Source: a virus
Lineage: Duplodnaviria; Caudoviricetes
DNA: 64,000 nt
IMG/VR virus record: IMGVR_UViG_3300029288_000079
Coordinates: 1 to 64,000 of that record
Reading direction: 5' to 3' (one strand)
A program made the translations under genes and the position numbers. Of the stretch, positions 55,931 through 64,000 are shown one piece after another. Under the pieces are notes generated by a model. That model saw only the letters and a list, made by a program, of their open reading frames with translations. It made no database searches and had not been told where the DNA came from. Position 1 is the stretch's first letter, and every line of letters begins with the position of its first letter.

Positions 55931-56648
55931 TAGTAGTTTCCAAAATATTTCTTCGTATATGGTCAGGAAATTCTACAATACCACTTACGTCATGTGCAGC
56001 TTTAAAGAATCTATCCGGTGGTCCTGGTGGAGCACCTTCTGCAGCCATATCATCATTACAAATCTGTCTTCTTAACCCTCTATTCATTAAGGCAGCATCA
56101 TTTTTTATCCTACAACTATTTTCAAATATTACAATTTCCGGACATACAGGAACACCACCTTCACGACCTTCTGGAGACCAATGATACTTTCTATCAGTCT
56201 TCATTTTTAAACCACCTTTTATCAGTCTGGTAGTAGGACCTCCATTAGACCAATTAAAATAATGATAAGCATCTTTAGCTGTAAAATATAAAGGAAAATC
56301 CCAGTAACTACTTTTTTTAAATATACCTGTTTTAAATATGCCCCCAAAATTTTTTGTAAAAGTCATGTCAGCGTCTGGTAAGAATGTAAAACCCCCTGTA
56401 CAATGAGATAGACCAAAATTTGTTTGAGCTACTGTAAAATCCCATGGTCTTTCAAATAGTTTAATGGGAACACTATCCTTATAAGAATTTATAATCTCTA
56501 TAGTATTATCTTTAGATCCCCCATCTACCAATACAACTTCATGCAACAGATCTCCTAAATCTTGAGATAAATGCTTACAGCACTCCAAGTACCATAAAAT
56601 TACATGCTCTTCGTCCTGACAAATAGTACATATACTTAAACTATTCAT
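55923..56648 (-). CDS. GT2 glycosyltransferase
   Basis: VDGGSKDNT, DAD. Confidence 0.85.
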   Translation of the reverse strand: MNSLSICTICQDEEHVILWYLECCKHLSQDLGDLLHEVVLVDGGSKDNTIEIINSYKDSVPIKLFERPWDFTVAQTNFGLSHCTGGFTFLPDADMTFTKNFGGIFKTGIFKKSSYWDFPLYFTAKDAYHYFNWSNGGPTTRLIKGGLKMKTDRKYHWSPEGREGGVPVCPEIVIFENSCRIKNDAALMNRGLRRQICNDDMAAEGAPPGPPDRFFKAAHDVSGIVEFPDHIRRNILETTNV

Positions 56649-56651
56649 TTT

Positions 56652-57386
56652 TTATCTCTTTTTCAAAATACACCAATAGCGATCTGTCTCAATAGCTTCT
56701 TCTTCATATACAAATAATTGAGTACCCAATATAGCTAAATCAACGAAAGCTGGACTAATTCTTACACCATGCCAAGTATTCCCAGGGTCTGATCCTGTAG
56801 AGGATCCTGAAATATCCCTACCATGCATTATAAAAATCCCATCTTTCTTTAGGACCCTACCCACCTCATGAATATAACTTTTGATAATTGAAGCAAATGG
56901 TATATGTTGAAAACAGATATATTCAAAAGCCACATCTATACTATTGTCTGGGATCTTATTTAAATTATAACCATCACCCTCAATAAAAAGTATGTTACCA
57001 CATAAACCCCCCAATCTTTTTTCTGCTATATTTAATAATTCTCCAGAAATATCTAATGCATAAAGATTATAACAAGTTGAGGCAATAAATTGAGACATTC
57101 TTCCAAATCCACAACCTATCTCCAATACATTTTCTATATGAACACCCGAATATCCAAAATACTTTTTAATTCTAGGTAAATATTCACCCTCAAAATCATG
57201 CTTGCCAGAACCTTGAATAGCCTCCTCAGATGCATGTTGATTTGCACAGACATATGATGCCGCATCTGTTATAGCCCTAATATTCCAATCGTCTTTTAAT
57301 ACTTTAGAATATTCATCAATTGATAATTGTTTTGTAGAACTTAGAATCTCACAATCAATAGCTCTATTTTTTACATTTTCTTCCAT
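56652..57386 (-). CDS. class I SAM-dependent methyltransferase
   Basis: LEIGCGFGR, LDIS, FQHI, RVLKKDG. Confidence 0.9.
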   Translation of the reverse strand: MEENVKNRAIDCEILSSTKQLSIDEYSKVLKDDWNIRAITDAASYVCANQHASEEAIQGSGKHDFEGEYLPRIKKYFGYSGVHIENVLEIGCGFGRMSQFIASTCYNLYALDISGELLNIAEKRLGGLCGNILFIEGDGYNLNKIPDNSIDVAFEYICFQHIPFASIIKSYIHEVGRVLKKDGIFIMHGRDISGSSTGSDPGNTWHGVRISPAFVDLAILGTQLFVYEEEAIETDRYWCILKKR

Positions 57387-57607
57387 ATTAAGTCTCTTAT
57401 AGGTTCATCAATATTAACTCTTGGAATCTCATCTACATCTATAAAATAAACATTATACCTATCTAAAATTTTGTGTACCTTGGAAATTTCCTCGAGTTCC
57501 AACAACATCTTTCTAAGCATATTAAAATAATGAATCTTATCTTCAGCGTCTTTAGCTGTATCACCATTCCAGTTTATTAAATAATTTGTATTCTTCATTG
57601 TATCCAT
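57371..57607 (-). CDS. hypothetical protein
   Basis: 78-aa ORF. Confidence 0.55.
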   Translation of the reverse strand: MDTMKNTNYLINWNGDTAKDAEDKIHYFNMLRKMLLELEEISKVHKILDRYNVYFIDVDEIPRVNIDEPIRDLIWKKM

Positions 57608-57608
57608 A

Positions 57609-58424
57609 TTACACCTTCAACCCTTCCTTCATCTTACTCATAAATTGCTCCCATCCACCCTCTTTAAAATTAGCTATACGCTCTTTCATAACGGTAGGGT
57701 GTGTTCCGGTAAAATGTCTAACTTTATTACCTGCTTTGATAGTCTCTTCAAAAAGATATAAATAATCACAATATTCTTCACCTAGCTTTTCTTTCATCTC
57801 AAGCATTCTTTTATCAGGAAATCCTAGATCAGTATACATATGCTGGAAATCCCATTCCTTCTTAAACCCAACCTTACCCTCATGAACTTTTCCATAATGA
57901 AATATTTCTATATTACTATCGAATACAGGCCCCTCTCCATTTATTAATTGACAAGCATCACCATCCCAAGTCCAACCTTTGCCCTGCCGAGCAATCCTAG
58001 GTACACGTCTATAACAAAAATCAAATTCAGTCTCATAGTTTGCCATAAAATGCGTATAATGCATGGTTGCCAAATTAAAATCCTTTAACAAAGTAATAGA
58101 CTTAACATCTTCAATACTATCATCATGAAGAACTTCATCAGCGTCTAATTTAAGTGTCCACTCAAAATCAGCTTTCTTCATACAATAATTTGCCAAATTA
58201 GATTGTATAGTATAATGAGTTCCCCAAGGCATGTGAATAAGTTTTATTTTAGAGTACTTATCCGCAAGTTTTTGACACAGTTCTATAGTACCATCATCTG
58301 AATCACACTCACACAATATATGTTGATCCACTGCAGGAAGAATAGATTCCACAGATTCCAAAATTGGATAGTCATAAGTTATAGCATTGTGTATAAATGT
58401 GTAAGAACTTATTCCTGGTTTCAT
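57609..58424 (-). CDS. GT2 glycosyltransferase
   Basis: SDDGT, LDADE, HYG. Confidence 0.85.
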   Translation of the reverse strand: MKPGISSYTFIHNAITYDYPILESVESILPAVDQHILCECDSDDGTIELCQKLADKYSKIKLIHMPWGTHYTIQSNLANYCMKKADFEWTLKLDADEVLHDDSIEDVKSITLLKDFNLATMHYTHFMANYETEFDFCYRRVPRIARQGKGWTWDGDACQLINGEGPVFDSNIEIFHYGKVHEGKVGFKKEWDFQHMYTDLGFPDKRMLEMKEKLGEEYCDYLYLFEETIKAGNKVRHFTGTHPTVMKERIANFKEGGWEQFMSKMKEGLKV

Positions 58425-58702
58425 TTTTGTTTTTCCTTTAATTGTCTTTCTATCTTATCCCGCAAAGAACTTGTCTCATGACTATAGCCATCTTCACGTC
58501 TTTTAAGTTGATTATTCTTTTCCCGTGTAACCTTCCCAGGATCCTTTGAGTCTATTGAGGTCCCTATCTTAGAATGTATTCTATTGGGAAATAATCTATT
58601 CATAATTGTACCACATTTAACACAAAGTCTAGGAAGTTCTGGATTAGTAATATCCAACTCTTCAAAATCACACTCAGGACATTTAAAATCAAATAGTGGC
58701 AT
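58421..58702 (-). CDS. FmdB-like zinc-ribbon protein
   Basis: MPLFDFKCPEC...CVKCG. Confidence 0.75.
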   Translation of the reverse strand: MPLFDFKCPECDFEELDITNPELPRLCVKCGTIMNRLFPNRIHSKIGTSIDSKDPGKVTREKNNQLKRREDGYSHETSSLRDKIERQLKEKQK

Positions 58703-59631
58703 TATATTACTCCCAAAGTTTTATCTATGGCTATTTTTAGTTCTCTCATAGTATTCTCTTTGCTATATCGATCCACAGTTTTGGTAGCCCTAAACATAAT
58801 ATCATTAATAAATTTCTTATCAAAATTAAACAATAGTTTAGATATAACTGTGGCTAGGGTCTGGGAATCCCCATCAGCACAGATCATACAATTTATACCA
58901 TTCTGCATATAATCAGTACCACCCCCACCAGTATAACCTACAACAAAAGTATTACTTGCCATCGCCTCTAACCCTGGAAGACCAAGACCTTCAGGATATG
59001 AGTGAGCAAAAAATATGTCGGCCAATCTTAGTTGTTTGGCAAACTCAGATTCAGAGCTGTCCTTTAAAGATGTGACCGACACATAATTTTTAACCTCACT
59101 CGGTAAATAGAATTCAACAGCTTTCCACCGTAATGAACCATCTTTTCTTTCCTGTACCAAAACATTAGTTTTACGTAATTTAAATTTTTCTATGTCTTTA
59201 TCAGGATAAAAAACAAATCTATCAATAAAGGGTGTAACTCTGTACCCAGGCACACCTATCTTGCTCTGGTTCCACTCAGAAGAGACCCAAAGCTTTATAT
59301 CTGTATAATCCGCACTTCTATCGAAGAAAACCTCACCTTGGGCATAACTGACAAGATAACGAGCTTTAAAACGCCTTAGTGACTCTATATCTTCCCAACC
59401 AACTATAATTACGTCCGGATCCTGCTCAAGACTATGCCAAACGTCACCCCAAGTTATTATTTTAACCTTATGATCAAACCAAGTAGGTATCGATTGATAA
59501 TTAGGAACAGCTATGCAACTATCATACCCGAGTTCCGTCTCCAGCTCAGATAATTGAAAATGAACTTTTATCCCACCACTGGGATCCATATTTTTAGGAA
59601 TAATATGAACTATTTTTTTAGTCATACACAA
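58702..59631 (-). CDS. GT-B (GT4-like) glycosyltransferase
   Basis: SGGIK, EGLGLPGLEAMA. Confidence 0.85.
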   Translation of the reverse strand: MCMTKKIVHIIPKNMDPSGGIKVHFQLSELETELGYDSCIAVPNYQSIPTWFDHKVKIITWGDVWHSLEQDPDVIIVGWEDIESLRRFKARYLVSYAQGEVFFDRSADYTDIKLWVSSEWNQSKIGVPGYRVTPFIDRFVFYPDKDIEKFKLRKTNVLVQERKDGSLRWKAVEFYLPSEVKNYVSVTSLKDSSESEFAKQLRLADIFFAHSYPEGLGLPGLEAMASNTFVVGYTGGGGTDYMQNGINCMICADGDSQTLATVISKLLFNFDKKFINDIMFRATKTVDRYSKENTMRELKIAIDKTLGVI

Positions 59632-59637
59632 TATTGA

Positions 59638-59865
59638 TTAATAATCAAAATCTAAACTAGGTCTAACTGGCTGCAAAACATTATTAATTGTAAATTGTCT
59701 CCAATAAACTTTAGCTCCAAATAAAATTCTAAATCTCTCTTTCCAAGAAAAACCCCAGCAGCTTGTAACCTGACCATCTTCTGTTTTATGTGCAGGAAGA
59801 GGTATATATGGAGGTTGATCCTTAGCATAAATTATATTGCATTGTATAAAATATATAGGCTTCAT
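59638..59865 (-). CDS. hypothetical phage protein
   Basis: AKDQPPYIPLPA, SCW, WKER. Confidence 0.65.
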   Translation of the reverse strand: MKPIYFIQCNIIYAKDQPPYIPLPAHKTEDGQVTSCWGFSWKERFRILFGAKVYWRQFTINNVLQPVRPSLDFDY

Positions 59866-60263
59866 TTTACATATCCTTCTTCTTGATCATCCTCTTCTTT
59901 TTTACCATCATCTTCTACTTGAACATCATCCTCGCCTTGATTACGATTTATTGCCAAATTTATTTCAACAGAATTAATAATAGGACCTACAAGAGTCTCC
60001 TCTTCAACTTCTTCTCTCGATCTAGCGACTCCCTCAGCTACTGTTTGACCACAGGCTAAACAAACTTTATAACCCTTCATCGTAGCCGTCATATCCTCAG
60101 GATGACTACAAAATTCACCCGGCCTTTTATATAAATTAGAATTGTTAGACACTACTACAGTCCCAGTAATATCCTCTAAAGGCTTGCCCTCAGCAAGCCT
60201 TGCCTTTTCTCTTCGCCATCTCTCTATAGGAGATTCATTTGACATAAATTTATTTCTCCACAA
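59862..60263 (-). CDS. hypothetical protein with acidic tail
   Basis: CSHP...CLAC and an E/D-rich C-terminus. Confidence 0.6.
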   Translation of the reverse strand: MWRNKFMSNESPIERWRREKARLAEGKPLEDITGTVVVSNNSNLYKRPGEFCSHPEDMTATMKGYKVCLACGQTVAEGVARSREEVEEETLVGPIINSVEINLAINRNQGEDDVQVEDDGKKEEDDQEEGYVK

Positions 60264-60513
60264 AGTCAGTTTTTACATCTAGTAATAAACTATCTATGTT
60301 TTCCTTCATATATTTTGTAATGCCTTCAAAACCTGCCTCTTCTGAGTCATAATCAAATCCTCTAAAATCTACACGAGCAGGATATACTTCTAAAATCTCT
60401 CCCGTATTATCATCTTGAATATACACAATAGCCCAACCAAAGGTGTGTAAAATTCTATTTATCCACCAAAGAAGTTTTGTATCCTGAAATTCTTTCCAAG
60501 TTTTCTTTTCCAT
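60250..60513 (-). CDS. hypothetical phage protein
   Basis: LLWWINRILHTFGWAI, YPAR-FRGF. Confidence 0.65.
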   Translation of the reverse strand: MEKKTWKEFQDTKLLWWINRILHTFGWAIVYIQDDNTGEILEVYPARVDFRGFDYDSEEAGFEGITKYMKENIDSLLLDVKTDFVEK

Positions 60514-60514
60514 A

Positions 60515-60712
60515 TTAATTTTCCTTTCGAATCATTAAGCCTATGTTCTCGCTCTTACGAGGATCCCCATTTTTATCTATATTATCATACTCTACACTCT
60601 CACATAATCTACCAATTATCCAACCATCACTTTTCCTAATAATTCCATTCTTCTGTATTTCTACACTATGAATAGTTTTTGTTTCTATATAATCACACAT
60701 ACTAACCTCCAA
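60515..60712 (-). CDS. hypothetical protein
   Basis: Probable start MCDY after GGAGG. Confidence 0.55.
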   Translation of the reverse strand: MEVSMCDYIETKTIHSVEIQKNGIIRKSDGWIIGRLCESVEYDNIDKNGDPRKSENIGLMIRKEN

Positions 60713-60715
60713 AAA

Positions 60716-61087
60716 TTATAATTTTAAACCTATATCAAGTGCTGAAATTTCCTCTAGTAAATTTTTAGCTTTAATTTCCCATTCATGAGCATGCTCATCA
60801 AACCCACCAGTAGCCCACGTAAGAGGCATGGCATTACTTATTAAAACGCTACACTTATTTATTACTATACCCACTCTTTTGTAATATGTTAATAAATCTT
60901 CTAAAGAATTAATAAATACACTTGATTGACCATTTAAAGACCTGCATATAAATTCTGCAGACTTTCTCTGATTTTTTGAAAAAATTGCAATTACTTCAGG
61001 ACTATTTCCACCATCTTTCAAACTTAAGACAATATCACTCTCACAATCTGTAATTAAAGAATATTCTTTACCCATTTCAGTCTCCAA
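60716..61087 (-). CDS. hypothetical protein
   Basis: 123-aa ORF. Confidence 0.6.
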   Translation of the reverse strand: METEMGKEYSLITDCESDIVLSLKDGGNSPEVIAIFSKNQRKSAEFICRSLNGQSSVFINSLEDLLTYYKRVGIVINKCSVLISNAMPLTWATGGFDEHAHEWEIKAKNLLEEISALDIGLKL

Positions 61088-62960
61088 AAATTACTTGTTT
61101 TGCTAATTTACCTACCACCTCTATTGAATAATTTTGAGCCTTAATAAGTGAGGCTTTGCCTTTATCTTTTACTTTATCTCTATGATTATATGCATAACGT
61201 AAAAGAGATCTGAAATGTTCTATAGATACTTCAGCCCATTGACCACCAATATAATTCTTAAAATAGGGCAATACCTGTAATGGTATATCAACAAGCTTAT
61301 ATTCAGCTGTCCAGCCAACATCTGAAGTGACAAAATCTGTCACGCCACTATATCCCGTAACTATACTGGGTATTCCTAATGCTGCACACTCAATTATGCT
61401 ATTACCAAAACCTTCACCTCTGGTAGTTAATAAATTACAATCAAAATTTCTTAAAAAGAAAGGCATTACACTATCAGATAATAGTGAATTAGTACAATAT
61501 ATTGGGGCATGACTTTTTCCTCCTGAAAGCTCTTGAATATATTGCTTAATATTTTTTCCCTGTTGTTGAAGAACATAATGTAGAGATAAACTATGCACAG
61601 TCAGAGTCACGTCATCTTTAGCATCAAACTCCTCGATAAAGGATCTGAATAAGGCTTCTGGATTTTTTCTCTCCCCAAAATGAAATACCGAGACAAAATT
61701 CATACCTCTTTTATAGCTCAGAGGCATTACATCTGTAGAAGATTTAAATATACTTAAATCCGTAGCATTAGGTACTACAAAAATAGGAGTTGTCACCCCA
61801 TGATTTAAAATAATTTCACGGAAAAAAGTAGAATTGGTTATAACCTTATCTACAGCATTGAGTTGATCTCTCCAAGCTCTATTAATTCTATTGCTTTCAC
61901 CTGTAGTATGTGCTACACGAGACTTACCTGGAGGCATAAGATATAAATGATCCCCCTCACTACTACGCAAGACATGTCTATTCCAGTAATCATGAGGCTT
62001 ATTTATCATCCTTTTAATTTCCCAATCTATAACATTTCCGGGTTGATGATATTCCTCAGGAGCTATTGCAACATCTACACCATTACGACCAAGGCCTTTA
62101 GCTAAATTACGCATCACAATACTAAAGCTCCACTCTCCCATTATTTTGCAGCAGAACATAACTCTATCTTCAGATTCAAATTCATAAGGATCTTCATCAT
62201 GTTTCATATAAAATTTTATCTGATTATTTCTAGAAATATCATTAACTTTTTTTATGTCTCGATATATGTCTATACCTGTTTTGTTTTCATAATGATAGGA
62301 TTTAGCTGTTGGACAATATACTGATTTAAAACCTAGTTTACGGGCCTCATAACACATATCCACTTCTTCAAAATAGGCTGGGGCAAATCTTTCATCAAAG
62401 TGATCTAACTTTTGCAATAATTTATTTTTTATAAGAAAAAGAGCTCCCGTTATATATTCACACTCTTCCTCTATCTGCTGCACCGAAGGATCATTATCTA
62501 CCTCTCCCGCGCCTTTATGTTGACCCCAACCATATATGTTTAAAAATGCCCCAGCATGTTGAATTCTACCATCTGCAAATAATAATCTACCCCCAACAAT
62601 ACCTATATCATCTGGCCTCTCCTGAAGTAAAGCATCTATACATCCTGGCAAAAGCTCCATATCATTATTCATTATTAGAATGTCTATATCAATAAACTCT
62701 AGAAGTAATAACTCAATACCCTGATTTACCGCAGGGCCAAACCCTTTATTTTCTTCATTAGAGAGACATCTAAATTGTATCCTATCAGTATCTTTCAACT
62801 CCTTAAAAAACTTTACAGTATCATCTGTAGATGCATTATCTATAACAAATACAATAATCTCATCACAAAGTTTAAACTCATGTTGCTTAATAGATTCTAT
62901 AAGCTTCTTCGTATAAAATATCTGATTATAAACAGGAATAACTATACCTAATCTTTTCAT
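61077..62960 (-). CDS. bifunctional GT2-GT4 glycosyltransferase
   Basis: IPVYN, DNASTD, NND, YFEEVD (GT2); RKN, GEGFG-IEC (GT4). Confidence 0.9.
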   Translation of the reverse strand: MKRLGIVIPVYNQIFYTKKLIESIKQHEFKLCDEIIVFVIDNASTDDTVKFFKELKDTDRIQFRCLSNEENKGFGPAVNQGIELLLLEFIDIDILIMNNDMELLPGCIDALLQERPDDIGIVGGRLLFADGRIQHAGAFLNIYGWGQHKGAGEVDNDPSVQQIEEECEYITGALFLIKNKLLQKLDHFDERFAPAYFEEVDMCYEARKLGFKSVYCPTAKSYHYENKTGIDIYRDIKKVNDISRNNQIKFYMKHDEDPYEFESEDRVMFCCKIMGEWSFSIVMRNLAKGLGRNGVDVAIAPEEYHQPGNVIDWEIKRMINKPHDYWNRHVLRSSEGDHLYLMPPGKSRVAHTTGESNRINRAWRDQLNAVDKVITNSTFFREIILNHGVTTPIFVVPNATDLSIFKSSTDVMPLSYKRGMNFVSVFHFGERKNPEALFRSFIEEFDAKDDVTLTVHSLSLHYVLQQQGKNIKQYIQELSGGKSHAPIYCTNSLLSDSVMPFFLRNFDCNLLTTRGEGFGNSIIECAALGIPSIVTGYSGVTDFVTSDVGWTAEYKLVDIPLQVLPYFKNYIGGQWAEVSIEHFRSLLRYAYNHRDKVKDKGKASLIKAQNYSIEVVGKLAKQVIFGD

Positions 62961-63979
62961 TATATAATCTCAATCATACTTTGATTAATATCTAAATTTA
63001 CACTATTAGATAATATTATTTTAGATATAGTTTCTACAAACTTGGTGCCTGTAATTTCCTTAGACCAAATACCTCGAAAACGCTCACCATGTTTTATCGC
63101 TCTCTCCTTTGCAATGGAATAACTATCATAACATCTTCTCAACTTACGTTTTACATCTTGCTCCCGAGGCATAGCCCAACGCATTCCTGGATGATAAATA
63201 CCCTGTCTCAGAACCGAATATGGAACATCAGTTAGATCAAATTCAAATAAAGTAGAAAGTTCTGGGATAACAAAATCCATTTGTCCAGACCACCCTGTTA
63301 CCAATATAGGAACATCACAGGCAATAGCTTCTGCAAGAGGCCTACACCAACCTTCTCCACTTGTAGCCGATACAAAAGCTTTTGATTTTTTATAAAGATG
63401 TGCCATTTCATAATCTGTCATATCCCCATGTATCAAGTATACTTTAGGAAAAGGCTTACCATTCTTTATTGCATCTATACGTTCTCTAGTAAATATTAAA
63501 TCAGGTGAAGAGTTATTTTGAGAAAATGTTTTTACAAATATACCCACATCCTTATTACTTTCAAATGTCTCACAGAACCATTTCAAAAGTAATCCAACTT
63601 GCTTGCGGTCCTCTCCTATAGGATTCACAGCCCACTGACCTGCAGTAATGAAATTAAAAGATGTTGCTAAAGGTAATGCTAAAGTGTCTTCGATAGGATC
63701 ATTATTATATATATCAAGATCCACACCCTCCCCCACTACATACACAGGAACACTCACACCGTGCTGTTGAAAAAGATTTTTTATGAATTGAGAAGGAACT
63801 ATAATAGCATTCATCTGATTACAAGCTTCAGCCCATCCTGCAGGCAATCTATCAGACTCAATACCCGCTGTTATACCTATATTAATTGGACCTACCTTAC
63901 GAAATTCTGTGGGAATTCCAAGATGCATGAATACAAAATCCTTTGTATTAACTTTATTATTCACACAAAACATCAGCAT
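62960..63979 (-). CDS. GT4 glycosyltransferase (N-terminus probably beyond the window)
   Basis: DRK, GEGWCRPLAEA, WSGQMDF; the frame stays open to the window end. Confidence 0.85.
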   Translation of the reverse strand: MLMFCVNNKVNTKDFVFMHLGIPTEFRKVGPINIGITAGIESDRLPAGWAEACNQMNAIIVPSQFIKNLFQQHGVSVPVYVVGEGVDLDIYNNDPIEDTLALPLATSFNFITAGQWAVNPIGEDRKQVGLLLKWFCETFESNKDVGIFVKTFSQNNSSPDLIFTRERIDAIKNGKPFPKVYLIHGDMTDYEMAHLYKKSKAFVSATSGEGWCRPLAEAIACDVPILVTGWSGQMDFVIPELSTLFEFDLTDVPYSVLRQGIYHPGMRWAMPREQDVKRKLRRCYDSYSIAKERAIKHGERFRGIWSKEITGTKFVETISKIILSNSVNLDINQSMIEII

Positions 63980-64000
63980 ATCTAATAAATCTTCGGGAAT

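Noticed and set aside
46-63985. All plus-strand ORFs in the six-frame track
   Set aside because: They are short, lack motifs and lie antisense to well-supported minus-strand genes or RNAs, so they are shadow ORFs

Overview
AT-rich, densely coding segment with essentially all real genes on the minus strand and the standard genetic code. It reads as the replication, recombination and auxiliary-metabolism arm of a large (probably jumbo) dsDNA bacteriophage. (1) 0.5-1.6 kb: a non-coding RNA operon with a tmRNA and three unexplained structured RNAs, each preceded by a boxA-like TGTTCTTT motif. (2) 2.6-34 kb: DNA metabolism genes, including split SbcC/Rad50 with SbcD/Mre11, dNMP kinase, nucleotidase, SSB-like protein, intein-containing RecA, split DnaG primase, kinase, dCMP deaminase, 5'-3' exonuclease, nucleotidyltransferase, tRNA-Met, GroEL, a UDG-PolA fusion, DnaB, a DnaC-like loader and DNA methyltransferases. 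(3) 35.1-37.9 kb: an array of integron attC-like sites with matching cassette ends, no integrase in the window, genes antisense to canonical cassette polarity, and ORFs starting inside or nested within the attC loops. (4) SF2 helicase, class II ribonucleotide reductase, macrodomain, exonuclease and sigma factor. (5) 45.6-64 kb: a GDP-sugar and glycosyltransferase cluster combining a ColD-like dehydratase, a ThDP enzyme, PanB and two B12 radical SAM enzymes, which suggests a branched-chain sugar. All calls come from reading motifs by eye. No database searches or folding programs were run.
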